Below, piece after piece: positions 8,421 to 17,633 of a stretch of DNA of 34,283 bases. This stretch comes from Candidatus Zixiibacteriota bacterium. GTDB taxonomy: Bacteria > Zixibacteria > MSB-5A5 > GN15 > JAAZOE01. The first letter of the stretch is position 1. Every line of letters begins with the position of its first letter. Location: contig JBDREQ010000068.1 in NCBI GenBank assembly GCA_043819555.1, forward strand, positions 1 through 34,283, in the 5' to 3' direction. The translations under genes and the position numbers were made by a program. The notes beneath the pieces are model-generated. The model saw only the letters and a program-made list of their open reading frames with translations, made no database searches and was not told the DNA's origin.

Positions 8421-9436
8421 TCAAGAATCCCGACCCATAAAATATTCAAAAACGCCAGAGGCAATAATACCTTCCAGGCAAATTCCATCAACTGGTCAAC
8501 TCTTAGCCGCGGATAAGTCCAGCGGAAAAGCATGAGTAAAAAGACGACAAAGAGCGTCTTGCCCAAAAACCACATCCATGACGGCAGGAACGGGCCGTTC
8601 CAACCGCCCAAAAATACCGTCGCGGCGATGGCTGAAACGGTGAACATATTTATAAATTCCGCCAGGAAAAACATGGCGAATTTCATTCCGGAGTATTCAA
8701 TATTGAATCCGGCGACTAGTTCCTGCTCGGCTTCCGGGATATCAAACGGGGTGCGATTGGCTTCGGCCGTGGCGGCAATGATATATATCACAAATCCCAA
8801 AGGCTGGAAAAATATATTCCAGCGGAAACCGCCCCAACCTGATTGAGCCACAACAATGTCATTCATCGACATCGAGCCGGTGACCATAACGACTCCGAGA
8901 ATCGAAAGCGCCAACGGAACTTCATAGCTGACGGCTTGAGCCGCCGAACGCATTCCGCCGAGTAAGGCATATTTATTATTCGAACCCCAGCCGGCCATCA
9001 AAAGAGCGATAATGGTAAATGTCGTTATCGCAATTATATATAGAATTCCGATATTCAAATCCGATACAATGAGCCCGTCACCGAAAGGAATAACTACATA
9101 GGCGGCAAAAGCGCACACAAAACAGAGAACCGGAGCCCAGAAGAAAACCGAACGGTCGGCAAGTTTTGGAGTTATATCTTCTTTTTGAATAAGCTTGACG
9201 GCATCGGCAACGGTTTGGAGCACTCCGTGCCACCCCGTCATCATCGGCCCGAAACGCTGTTGAATATGAGCGGAAATCTTGCGTTCCCACCAAACCAGAA
9301 ACAACGCAATCAAAGACAATAATCCAAAGACGACCAGCGCCAGGATGATGTTTGCCATAATGGCATTCCAGTAAGGGCTTAACCCAATTGAAGCGAGAAG
9401 TTCTCCCAGCCAGTCAATCACCGGTTTCAGTTCCAT
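8405..9436 (-). CDS. nuoH: NADH-quinone oxidoreductase subunit H
   Basis: ERKISAHIQQRFGP, ADAVKLIQKE, SNNKYALLGGMRSAAQAVSYE, AEANRTPFDIPEAEQELVAG and RWTYPRLRVDQLM. Confidence 0.96.
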   Translation of the reverse strand: MELKPVIDWLGELLASIGLSPYWNAIMANIILALVVFGLLSLIALFLVWWERKISAHIQQRFGPMMTGWHGVLQTVADAVKLIQKEDITPKLADRSVFFWAPVLCFVCAFAAYVVIPFGDGLIVSDLNIGILYIIAITTFTIIALLMAGWGSNNKYALLGGMRSAAQAVSYEVPLALSILGVVMVTGSMSMNDIVVAQSGWGGFRWNIFFQPLGFVIYIIAATAEANRTPFDIPEAEQELVAGFNIEYSGMKFAMFFLAEFINMFTVSAIAATVFLGGWNGPFLPSWMWFLGKTLFVVFLLMLFRWTYPRLRVDQLMEFAWKVLLPLAFLNILWVGILEWLSW

Positions 9437-10545
9437 TACCTGTCAATCTCCGGCATAATAATATCGAGTGACGCGAAAATCGCTACCAAATCAGCTATTT
9501 TCAGACCTTTAACAATTTCAGGCGTCGCCAGTAAATGATTATAACTGCCGCCGCGAGCGCGGACCCTGAACGGTTTTTTAGTACCGTCAGATACTAAATG
9601 AATACCCATCTCACCGCGTGAATTTTCGATGCGAGAATAAACTTCGCCTTTTTGAGTCTTGAAAGTCATTATTCCCGCTTTGGCCGTAATTTCCCCTTCG
9701 GGAATCTGGTCAATGGCTTGCCGTACTATCCGGGCCGATTGCCTGATTTCGCCCATCCGGGCCCGGTAACGATCATAGCTGTCGCCGCCGTGATAGACAA
9801 CGGCGTCAAATTTGAATCTATCATAAATCGAATAGGTGTCGTCTTTGCGAATATCAAAAGATACCCCGGAAGCTCGGGCGGAAGGACCGGAAATGGCGTA
9901 ATCGTGAACCATTTTTTCGGTAATAATGCCAATGCCTTTGTTGCGTGCGATCCAGATCGGATTTTCGGTTAAAACTTTTTCGTAGTCATCGCATTTTTCA
10001 TCGATAATATCGAGAAACTCACGACATTTTTTTGTAAATTCCGGCGGGATATCTTTGGCAACGCCGCCCATCCGTATATAATTGTATGTCAAACGCTGTC
10101 CGCAGGTCATTTCAAAAAGGTCAAGAATAAATTCCCGTTCGCGGAAAGTATAGAGAAACGGTGTCAGGGCGCCCAAATCCAGACCCGTTACGCCAATGCA
10201 CAATAAATGGCTGGCCATACGATTGAGCTCGCCCATAATGACACGGAGATATTCGGCTCGTTCGGGAACTTCAATATCGGTAAGCTTTTCAGCGGCGAGA
10301 GCAAATGCCCAGCCACAGGCCATCGAAGTAACGTATTCAAAACGATCCATCAATGGCAGGCATTGAAAATAAGTACGGTTTTCGCACATTTTCTCAATGG
10401 ACCGATGCAAATACCCAATGACCGGTTCGCAATCAACGATTTCTTCACCGTCAATGGTCAAAATCAGGCGGCAGACTCCGTGTGTGGACGGATGATGTGG
10501 CCCCATGTTGATAACCATTTGCTCTGTGCGCAAATCTTTTGGCAT
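9436..10545 (-). CDS. nuoD: NADH-quinone oxidoreductase subunit D
   Basis: NMGPHHPSTHG, GYLHRSIEK, ELNRMASHL and C-terminal EIDR. No CxxC Ni-binding motifs. Confidence 0.95.
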   Translation of the reverse strand: MPKDLRTEQMVINMGPHHPSTHGVCRLILTIDGEEIVDCEPVIGYLHRSIEKMCENRTYFQCLPLMDRFEYVTSMACGWAFALAAEKLTDIEVPERAEYLRVIMGELNRMASHLLCIGVTGLDLGALTPFLYTFREREFILDLFEMTCGQRLTYNYIRMGGVAKDIPPEFTKKCREFLDIIDEKCDDYEKVLTENPIWIARNKGIGIITEKMVHDYAISGPSARASGVSFDIRKDDTYSIYDRFKFDAVVYHGGDSYDRYRARMGEIRQSARIVRQAIDQIPEGEITAKAGIMTFKTQKGEVYSRIENSRGEMGIHLVSDGTKKPFRVRARGGSYNHLLATPEIVKGLKIADLVAIFASLDIIMPEIDR

Positions 10546-11018
10546 TACTTTCTTTCCGGCATCGGTATCACGTTTTTGCCCTGCCAGCCTTTTCTCATCG
10601 GATAGCCGTCATCCCAGTCGTCGGGGAGCAGAAACCGTTTCAGATTCGGATGATTCCTGACATTGATGCCGAACAGCTCCCAGATTTCTCTCTCATACCA
10701 ATCGGCCGCTCTCCAGACATCAATCACGGAATCAAATTCCGGTTTATTGTAATCGAAAATAATTTTGAAGTATATGCGATGCTTGAGGCGATACGAGCAG
10801 ACATTATAGACGATTTCAAAATTCTCGGTCGTATCGACCGCCGAGAGATTCATCAAAAACGTCATGAGAAGTCTCTCGTCGTCGTGGATAAATCGGGAAA
10901 ATTCAATAAGATCCTGAGCCTTAACGATAAAATAAGGTTCGGGATGCTCGTTTTCGATAACTTCCAGTTCGCCCGAGAAATTTTCTTTTATATAATCAAG
11001 GAGCTCGGCTTTGGTCAT
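10545..11018 (-). CDS. nuoC: NADH-quinone oxidoreductase subunit C
   Basis: SAVD and ADWYEREIWELFGI...HPNLKRFLLPDDW..YPMRK. Confidence 0.93.
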   Translation of the reverse strand: MTKAELLDYIKENFSGELEVIENEHPEPYFIVKAQDLIEFSRFIHDDERLLMTFLMNLSAVDTTENFEIVYNVCSYRLKHRIYFKIIFDYNKPEFDSVIDVWRAADWYEREIWELFGINVRNHPNLKRFLLPDDWDDGYPMRKGWQGKNVIPMPERK

Positions 11019-11028
11019 CGGATTCTAC

Positions 11029-11535
11029 TTAGCTCCAATCATCCATTTTCTGAGTTCTGATTTTTTTGCCTACTTCCAGACATCCATGGAGCAACGCTTC
11101 CGGACGCGGCGGACAACCGGGGACGTAAACATCAACCGGGATAACTTTATCGATTCCGCGCAAAACGGAATAGCTGTCATAATAAAACGGTCCGCCTCCG
11201 CAGGCGCATCCGCCCATTGCCAAAACATAGCGGGGTTCGGCCATTTGGTCATAGAGGCGTTTAATAACTGGCGCCATCTTGTAGGTTACCGTTCCGGCGA
11301 TAATTATTAAATCGCTTTGGCGCGGCGAAGCTCTGAATATCATTCCCAGCCGGTCAAAATCATATCGGGAAGCTCCTGTCGCCATCAATTCAATCGCGCA
11401 GCAGGCAGTGCCAAAAAGCAGATACCAGAGCGATTTGGCCTGAGTCAGAGTGAACACTTTGTTTAACTGCGTCGTAATTATCCCGCCGCCCGGAACTTTT
11501 TCGGCATATACCGGAAGCTTTTTAATTATACCCAT
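11029..11535 (-). CDS. nuoB: NADH-quinone oxidoreductase subunit B
   Basis: [11 protein letters not shown] (tandem Cys of cluster N2), [22 protein letters not shown] and [12 protein letters not shown]. Confidence 0.96.
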   Translation of the reverse strand: MGIIKKLPVYAEKVPGGGIITTQLNKVFTLTQAKSLWYLLFGTACCAIELMATGASRYDFDRLGMIFRASPRQSDLIIIAGTVTYKMAPVIKRLYDQMAEPRYVLAMGGCACGGGPFYYDSYSVLRGIDKVIPVDVYVPGCPPRPEALLHGCLEVGKKIRTQKMDDWS

Positions 11536-11882
11536 TGCAAAGCTCCCTTCTTCCAGGCATAGACGAGGCCGACCAAAAGAATTGCAATAAATATCACCAT
11601 CTCGATTAACGCAAAAAGCCCCAAAGATTTGTACGCCACCGCCCAGGGAAACAGAAAAACCGCTTCGACATCGAAAATCACGAAAATCAATCCGAAAATA
11701 TAAAAGCGGTTATTGAACTGCGTCCAGCTTTCGCCGATAATCGGGACGCCGCATTCGTATGTTTCGTTTTTTACCTGATAAGGATTATGGGGGCGAATCA
11801 GCCGCGATAAAGTAAACGTAAAAATCACAAGGCCGGTGCCAACCAGAATAAATATCAATACCGCCAGATACTGAGCAGGCAT
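11526..11882 (-). CDS. nuoA: NADH-quinone oxidoreductase subunit A
   Basis: [23 protein letters not shown] and [10 protein letters not shown]. Start moved to ATG 11882 (MPAQYL) behind a GGGAG SD, giving 118 aa. Confidence 0.95.
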   Translation of the reverse strand: MPAQYLAVLIFILVGTGLVIFTFTLSRLIRPHNPYQVKNETYECGVPIIGESWTQFNNRFYIFGLIFVIFDVEAVFLFPWAVAYKSLGLFALIEMVIFIAILLVGLVYAWKKGALQWV

Positions 11883-12100
11883 ATTCAAATCTCCCGTTGC
11901 CGGAATCATAATATCTATGTGACGAATTTCACATACCGGCCTCAAATTAAGCTGTTAAAAAAGGCAATAATCCGTGTTTGTCAAGTGGTTTTTCGCCAAA
12001 TAATTTGGACAGAAAATTAGTATCGAATACTGAATAATAAACCAGGCTATCAAGACATTTGGGCCAAATCAAAAAATCAACCAATTACTCCAGTTTTTGC

Positions 12101-12129
12101 TTGACATAATAAAAGATTTTGGTTATTAT
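12101..12129 (+). promoter_or_regulatory. Putative sigma70 promoter of the dockerin protein gene
   Basis: TTGACA-17 nt-TATTAT. Confidence 0.6.
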
Positions 12130-12221
12130 TTCGGTGATACGGGGTATTGGCGCTTGAATTTCTTGCTTTCTATTATTTGCCAATTTATTGATAATTGATA
12201 TTTGAAGAAGGGGAGATAGTT

Positions 12222-13634
12222 ATGAGAAATTTTATTCTTATTTTGGCCCTTTCCTCGATCTGTGTCGGCATATCCTGGGCAGATAATAAAATCGATATTA
12301 CAGTCGCAACTCATACAGGCGGTGACACTATTTGGATTGGAGTTGATGCCGATTTTTATGTTCATATCGAGAATGACGAATTAATTAAAGAACTCAATCT
12401 CGGTTTTAAAGTCTGGTCTCCGGAAGGCGCTGTATGGGATTGGGCAGATGTTGGAGAATGGGGCCCCGAGGACAAGAAATTTGTAACAGTACTTTATTCA
12501 ACTCGTATGGAGAATCCCAACGAGATTTGGGATAATACAGGATTTATTGTTTATGACACAGATTTGGACGGAAATTCTCCGGACTTTATACGAATGGGGG
12601 GAGAAGCAACAAACAACGGATTAGAATCCGGCCCACTGGAAGAAGTGCTTTTATTCCATTTCAACATTGAATGCGGCGGTGAGCATACTATTTGTATTGA
12701 TACCGCTTTCATTCCGCCGGATGGAGATCTGGTCTTTAGGAATGAAGTTGGAACGAATATTTCGCCGATTCAGCTTTGGCCTGAAGGCGGATTGTGTGTT
12801 CCGATTCAATATCCTCGCTGTTATCCGCCACAATTAGTTAGCGAACAATATGGTTCGGTTTCTACCACCAAGTGCCAACCGGTAACTCTTTATAACGCCG
12901 TCACCTGGGAAGATCCGGAGGGAGATTATATTACAATAGAACTTAGGGAACTTATTGGCGGAGATGGCGAAGTAATCATTAACGACCACGAAGACGGAAC
13001 CTGCGATATAACTTATGTACCTGTTGCTTCCGACGCCGGTAAGGTTATTGAGGCTGTTATTAGGGCTAGTGGAATGAGTAAATGTGCTTATAGCTGTGAA
13101 GACTATTATCACCTGAATATAAATGTCAGCAATCAGAGTACTTCCGAAGTCTATAGCGATATCAGGTACGAGCAGGCAAGCCCGGATTTGCCTTTTTATA
13201 AGAATGATTTCAGCGTTATTGATCCTGATTCATGCGATAGTTATAATTATTCGATAGTTTCCGGACCCGGCGATATCGACGAGATAACCGGCGAGTATTC
13301 ATGGACTCCAACCGTAGAAGATGCCGGATTGCACGCAGTGACTATTTCGGTAACCGATGGCATGTCTCCGCCGGTTGAATGTGGATTTGATATTGAAGTT
13401 CTTGATTTTGTATGCGAAGTTGCCGGAGACGCCAATACTGACGGACAGGCCAATGTCGGTGATGCAGTCTTTCTAATCAACAATATATTTAAGGGCGGAC
13501 CGGCTCCAGCTAATAAGCCCGCCACCGATGTAAACCGCGATTGTAATATCAATATCGGCGATGCGGTTTTTCTAATTAATCATATTTTCAAAAACGGCCC
13601 TAGGCCATATTGCAGTGGTTGCGTGTTGGATTAA
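12222..13634 (+). CDS. Secreted protein with cohesin-like/Ig-like domains and C-terminal dockerin
   Basis: Signal peptide MRNFILILALSSICVGISWA behind a GGGAG SD. Ig/cadherin-like motifs (DPEGD, DPD...GEYSWTPT...AG.H.VTISVTDG). Duplicated dockerin loops GDANTDGQANVGDAVFLIN and DVNRDCNINIGDAVFLIN. The cohesin-like N-domain is an inference. Confidence 0.75.
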   Translation: MRNFILILALSSICVGISWADNKIDITVATHTGGDTIWIGVDADFYVHIENDELIKELNLGFKVWSPEGAVWDWADVGEWGPEDKKFVTVLYSTRMENPNEIWDNTGFIVYDTDLDGNSPDFIRMGGEATNNGLESGPLEEVLLFHFNIECGGEHTICIDTAFIPPDGDLVFRNEVGTNISPIQLWPEGGLCVPIQYPRCYPPQLVSEQYGSVSTTKCQPVTLYNAVTWEDPEGDYITIELRELIGGDGEVIINDHEDGTCDITYVPVASDAGKVIEAVIRASGMSKCAYSCEDYYHLNINVSNQSTSEVYSDIRYEQASPDLPFYKNDFSVIDPDSCDSYNYSIVSGPGDIDEITGEYSWTPTVEDAGLHAVTISVTDGMSPPVECGFDIEVLDFVCEVAGDANTDGQANVGDAVFLINNIFKGGPAPANKPATDVNRDCNINIGDAVFLINHIFKNGPRPYCSGCVLD

Positions 13635-13648
13635 AGCTATGAAAATAT

Positions 13649-13678
13649 GTAAGGGACAGGCTTTCCCACCTGTCCCTA
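13649..13678. repeat. REP-like hairpin between convergent genes
   Basis: GTA-AGGGACAGG-8 nt-CCTGTCCCT-A, resembling a degenerate GTAG...CTAC REP. It may also act as a terminator. Confidence 0.5.
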
Positions 13679-13691
13679 AATTTCAAACACT

Positions 13692-13817
13692 TCACATTAA
13701 ATAATGCTTTCTCGATATATATAACTTCGCCACTGATGGTAAAACAAAAAGCAGCAGAATCCCGCCGCAAGTCATAAAGACACCGTTCAGCCCCAAGCGA
13801 GCAGCGATAATTCCAAA
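13692..13817 (-). pseudogene. Start-less gene remnant resembling the C-terminus of an MFS transporter
   Basis: Frame reads FGIIAARLGLNGVFMTCGGILLLFVLPSVAKLYISRKHYLM*, similar to MFS TM11-12 (G.ia...G...vF...g.l). Preceded by an in-frame stop. Confidence 0.4.
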
Positions 13818-13841
13818 TTAACTTGCGCAGAATATCAAATT

Positions 13842-14228
13842 CTACAAAGCGGCAATCGCTTCGATTTCCACCCTTGCGCCAAGGGGCAGAGCCGCTACGG
13901 CAAAAGCCGCCCGCGCCGGAGGATCGTTTTCAAAGTACGAAGCATAGATTTCATTGACCGCCGCGAAATCATTGATATCGGCCAAATATATTGTCGCTTT
14001 GACGACCGAACCGTAGTCGCCGCCGGCTTCCTTAAGGATACCGCCAAGATTTTGAATCACTTGTTTGGCTTCAGCTAAAACGCCCCCCTCGACAATTTTC
14101 ATCGACTGCGGATCAAGACCAATCTGGCCGGAGATGAAAAGCAGTTTTGCTCCCTCAACCGCCACCGCCTGATTATATGCCCCGATCGCTTTGGGAGCGG
14201 CGGCGGTTACGATAATTGTTTTTTTCAT
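13842..14228 (-). CDS. ridA: RidA/YjgF family enamine/imine deaminase
   Basis: APKAIGAYNQAV, FISGQIGLDP, VVKATIYLADINDFAAVNEIY and PPARAAFAVAALPLGARVEIEAIA. Confidence 0.92.
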   Translation of the reverse strand: MKKTIIVTAAAPKAIGAYNQAVAVEGAKLLFISGQIGLDPQSMKIVEGGVLAEAKQVIQNLGGILKEAGGDYGSVVKATIYLADINDFAAVNEIYASYFENDPPARAAFAVAALPLGARVEIEAIAAL

Positions 14229-14295
14229 ATTTCCTCACTTTTTTAAACGAGTATAGGGCAAGTGAGGCATTCGATTCAAGATTAAAATGAATGGA

Positions 14296-15279
14296 TTAGA
14301 ACTTCATTAAATCCGATGGACCCATTAATTTGGCGAATTCCTCGAGAAGCCTGCGATCAAAAAGACCATCGCAGGTGAATAGCGATTTCAAAGCCGGATA
14401 AGTCTCTACCGCCTTCTGATAAACCCGTTCGGTCGTCATGGCATCAAAGGTATCGGAGAGGCCGGCTATTTTGCCCGTGATATCGATATCACTGCCTTTA
14501 TAACCCATGGGATAGCCGGAGCCATTCTCCCGCTCATGATGCTGTATTACCGGATATATTGAATCGGTATTGAGCATCCGTGTTTTTTCGAGAATCTCCC
14601 GTCCCCATTCGGGATGCTTTTTTATCAATGACATTTCGGTCGGATTAAGACGACCTCGTTTGTTGAGAATCCGGTCGGAGATTTTGGTCTTGCCGACATC
14701 ATGCAACAACGCCCCGACGCCAAGATGATTCAGAAATTCTTCATCGCTGTTCCCCAGATGCCGGGCGAAAGCGAGTGAGAATGTGCAGACGTTGACCGAG
14801 TGGGTGTAGGTATAATAATCAAACGACATCACTTTGAGCATATTATAGAAAGCTTGTTTTTCCCGGAGAATATATCCGACCGACGATTCGACTAATGATT
14901 TACTGCGTTGAATATTTTCCCCCAGCGTGGGATTGGCCAGAACGTCTTTTACGAGAAGTTTTGTGCTACTATAGACTATTCCGGCTTTCGTCGTGGGATT
15001 GATGGAATCATCTTTTAGTATCTGGTTGATATTGGATTCAATATACTTCTGATATTGGTCTCTTTCTCCGGAAGCCACGTAGAGAGTTTTGACATCATTA
15101 TCGAGTAAATTCGTGCGGGTTTTTTCAGTAAACGGCAAATTGGTTGAACGGTAAAGTATCAAATCGCGGCCGACCTTGATATAGAGATCAAATTGAACAA
15201 TGGAATCGACCCGCAACGCCTCCAAATAAACAGGCAGGAATTTTTCTTTTATCGCTATCGATTTGCTTACGACACTCAT
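14296..15279 (-). CDS. HD-GYP domain phosphohydrolase (putative cyclic dinucleotide phosphodiesterase)
   Basis: DYYTYTHSVNV, ALLHDVGK, HPEWG, QHHERENGSGYPMG and DTFDAMTTERVY. Confidence 0.9.
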   Translation of the reverse strand: MSVVSKSIAIKEKFLPVYLEALRVDSIVQFDLYIKVGRDLILYRSTNLPFTEKTRTNLLDNDVKTLYVASGERDQYQKYIESNINQILKDDSINPTTKAGIVYSSTKLLVKDVLANPTLGENIQRSKSLVESSVGYILREKQAFYNMLKVMSFDYYTYTHSVNVCTFSLAFARHLGNSDEEFLNHLGVGALLHDVGKTKISDRILNKRGRLNPTEMSLIKKHPEWGREILEKTRMLNTDSIYPVIQHHERENGSGYPMGYKGSDIDITGKIAGLSDTFDAMTTERVYQKAVETYPALKSLFTCDGLFDRRLLEEFAKLMGPSDLMKF

Positions 15280-15361
15280 AATAAGTGAATATCACCCTGG
15301 GGCAAATTATCGTCATTATTCTTATCTATTGAGTTATCGGCTGGTAAGAGTATTTTTTTAT

Positions 15362-15390
15362 AAAAAAAGCCCGCCTGAAATCAGACGGGT
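15362..15390 (-). terminator. Intrinsic terminator downstream of the 206-aa unknown gene
   Basis: Minus strand CCCGTCTGA-TT-TCAGGCGGG-C followed by T7. Confidence 0.7.
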
Positions 15391-15503
15391 GAGCAAAAAA
15401 ACAAATGATGAGGAAGTAAGATTGAATCGTTCCGTCAGTTCCGGGCCCGACGGAAAAGGGGTGTGAACTGACGGATATGTAATCGCAATGCAGGGTTCTT
15501 TAC

Positions 15504-16124
15504 TTAAACCCCGTAACTCTTGACCATCATTAAAACCGACTGCAACGAGCCGGAAATATTTCTCAGAACGTTTGAATATCTCTTGAGAAGTTCGCTGTAC
15601 TGCCAGCGCATTTTAAAAGCCTCTTCCGGAAAATCGAAGAGATTCAAAAGTTGCTTTTTATAAGATTCTTCGATGTATTTGATGACGTAATAAGGATTAT
15701 CCGGCAATTTGGCGTCGGCCACCTGTCCTTTGCCAAGGCGCTCTTTATATGTTTCAACCTTCTCCAGAATAACGGTTCCAAAACACCAGGGCGTCATGAC
15801 AACTCCAAAATTAGAACCATCGGTATAAAACGACCTTATATTTTTGGCAGCTAATTCAAGAATAATTTTTGAAGCAGTATAATAGGCAACGGTTTCGGTC
15901 CAATCACTGGAATATTCAGAAAGCTTCTGGTCGATTCGCGCCAGCTCAGTCATACAGCGTGCATAGCTGTTTTCCAGAAAAGAATAAAAATCATTAAAAT
16001 AGATTTTTACATTTTCCGAAATTGTCATCATATAGAATCCACTGTCATCACACTTAACTCGCGGTTCGGACATTGTCTTCAAGTACTCCTCAGTAAAACC
16101 ACGTCTATAATTTTGAGCCAGCAT
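15504..16124 (-). CDS. Hypothetical protein (206 aa, probably mostly helical, no family recognised)
   Basis: Perfect AAGGAGG SD before ATG 16124 (MLAQNYRRG), with its own candidate promoter and terminator. Confidence 0.8.
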   Translation of the reverse strand: MLAQNYRRGFTEEYLKTMSEPRVKCDDSGFYMMTISENVKIYFNDFYSFLENSYARCMTELARIDQKLSEYSSDWTETVAYYTASKIILELAAKNIRSFYTDGSNFGVVMTPWCFGTVILEKVETYKERLGKGQVADAKLPDNPYYVIKYIEESYKKQLLNLFDFPEEAFKMRWQYSELLKRYSNVLRNISGSLQSVLMMVKSYGV

Positions 16125-16161
16125 CAAACCTCCTTGGTTGTTGTCAACTGGGAGGAGTAAA

Positions 16162-16177
16162 TGCAAACCCCATGCCT
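16162..16177 (-). promoter_or_regulatory. Putative sigma54 (-24/-12) promoter
   Basis: Minus strand AGGCATGGGGTTTGCA versus consensus TGGCACG-N4-TTGCW, with correct GG-N10-GC spacing. IHF-like sites lie at 16237..16261. Confidence 0.6.
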
Positions 16178-16376
16178 CGACCGTAGATTGTAATAGAATG
16201 GATTTTGTGCTCCTCTCGACAGGCGCAAATAGCCCGTAACTTATTGTTAATCAATTATTTTATTCAAATTGCGCCAAAGCCGGAAGGGAACTATCGAGCT
16301 CTGCAAGATAATTCACTTTATGCATTTAATCAAAGAATATGCAAAGTATTGCGACTGCCGAGGAAATGCCGACGAT

Positions 16377-16408
16377 AAAAAAACCCCGCCAGATTTCGGC
16401 GGGGTTTT
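16377..16408 (-). terminator. Intrinsic terminator of the outer-membrane protein gene
   Basis: A7-CCCCGCC-7 nt-GGCGGGG-T4, giving a T7 tail on the minus strand. Confidence 0.8.
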
Positions 16409-16438
16409 GTGTCAATCTAAGAAAAGAGATTTTTATTA

Positions 16439-17611
16439 TCAGTCAAACCAATAATTGATCGTCACTCTTTCAGTCAGGTAATCATATTCACCGGAGATAA
16501 AATACGGCCCATTTTCAATGAAATCGGTATTAATTTCGGCGTCAAGCTCAAAATCACCCCAATGGAATCCAGCGCCTAAGTATGTATCGGTCTCCCCCCA
16601 TCCATATTTGCGCTTCATTACCTCTGAAGGTTCCCAAGTTTCGCTAATCCAGTAATTGGTGACACCGGCACGGAAATCCAACCATTTGATAACTTTCGCG
16701 TCTATACCAATTTTGAAATATGGAACAGTCATTTCTTTATCTTTCCACATCACATAGGAATCGCCAGATGCTGGATCTGCTTCATCCTTACCTGACCATG
16801 AAGTGATACCAAAATCGGTAACTACCAAAACATCTTCTTTGGCTTCATAATTCATGCCCATACCCAATTCCCACATGGTATGCTTATAAGTATAGGTAGC
16901 GTATAGGTCACCGTCATCATAATCTTCAAGTCCCTGCTTGCTGATCCAAAGCGCTGCATGCGGAACCAAAGTGGCTTTACCCTTCGGATCCATCCAATAA
17001 CGTCCGGTGAATCCAAATTCAGTATTTCCCGACGGCTTGGTTTCGTCTTCAAGCGCGCTGGTTGTGCCATTATAGTCCTTATCGGTCCATGAGGTCATGG
17101 TAATTCCTGCGGCCACATCAAGCTTGCCTTCCATGGCTGTAAGACCAAAGCCAAAACCAAAGCGAGTCAAAGATCCTTCCATATGGTTTACTGTGCTGGT
17201 ATCTTCGTTCTTCTCACTACGCTTGTTGTAACTGAAAACAAATCCAAAAGGCATCTCACCAAGATTACGGCCATAGAACAGGTCGATGCGGTGATCGGCT
17301 CCGCCTTCCCAATGTCCATAATCATTGAAAATCTCATGATAATAATTATCAGTATTAAAATAAGCGCCCAATACCCACGGATTTTCTTCATTGAATCCAA
17401 AATTGGCGCCGCCCATCCAAAAATCGTTTTCATCAAATTCGGCGGAGAACAGGCCGGGGTAATTGTTGATGGTTTGAGGATAAAGCCAGATATTGGCATC
17501 ATCCTTCACGATGTTATTAACCTCACCCATAGTATGTACCCGGGTGTTGCTGGCCATGGCAAAACTTCCGGCCAGCAATGCGATCAATGTCAGAATTAGC
17601 AACTTTCTCAT
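16439..17611 (-). CDS. Putative outer-membrane beta-barrel protein (porin-like)
   Basis: Signal peptide MRKLLILTLIALLAGSFAMA, alternating amphipathic Gly/aromatic strands (RFGFGFG, WLDFRAG, YLGAGFHW) and C-terminal beta-signal-like VTINYWFD. Confidence 0.75.
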   Translation of the reverse strand: MRKLLILTLIALLAGSFAMASNTRVHTMGEVNNIVKDDANIWLYPQTINNYPGLFSAEFDENDFWMGGANFGFNEENPWVLGAYFNTDNYYHEIFNDYGHWEGGADHRIDLFYGRNLGEMPFGFVFSYNKRSEKNEDTSTVNHMEGSLTRFGFGFGLTAMEGKLDVAAGITMTSWTDKDYNGTTSALEDETKPSGNTEFGFTGRYWMDPKGKATLVPHAALWISKQGLEDYDDGDLYATYTYKHTMWELGMGMNYEAKEDVLVVTDFGITSWSGKDEADPASGDSYVMWKDKEMTVPYFKIGIDAKVIKWLDFRAGVTNYWISETWEPSEVMKRKYGWGETDTYLGAGFHWGDFELDAEINTDFIENGPYFISGEYDYLTERVTINYWFD

Positions 17612-17633
17612 TTTGTACCTCTTTGTTTAGGTG

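Noticed and set aside
9436..11535. Group 4 [NiFe] hydrogenase instead of complex I
   Set aside because: The large subunit lacks both CxxC Ni-binding motifs and ends in EIDR, NuoB has the tandem CC, and nuoA, J and K are present.
1977..11882. Numerous antisense and alternate-frame ORFs over nuo and other genes (e.g. 7912..8535, 10539..11060)
   Set aside because: These are shadow ORFs of well-supported genes with no recognisable motifs.
15280..15503. Known c-di-GMP riboswitch upstream of the HD-GYP gene
   Set aside because: No GGCAAA/GAAA-tetraloop/GACGCAAAG class I core or recognisable class II motif was seen. Kept only as an unknown structure.
16404..16417. 14-bp GTTTTGTGTCAATC also present near 31977..31990
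   Set aside because: Short, AT-rich, contains a generic -35 hexamer and shows no extended similarity, so it is probably chance.
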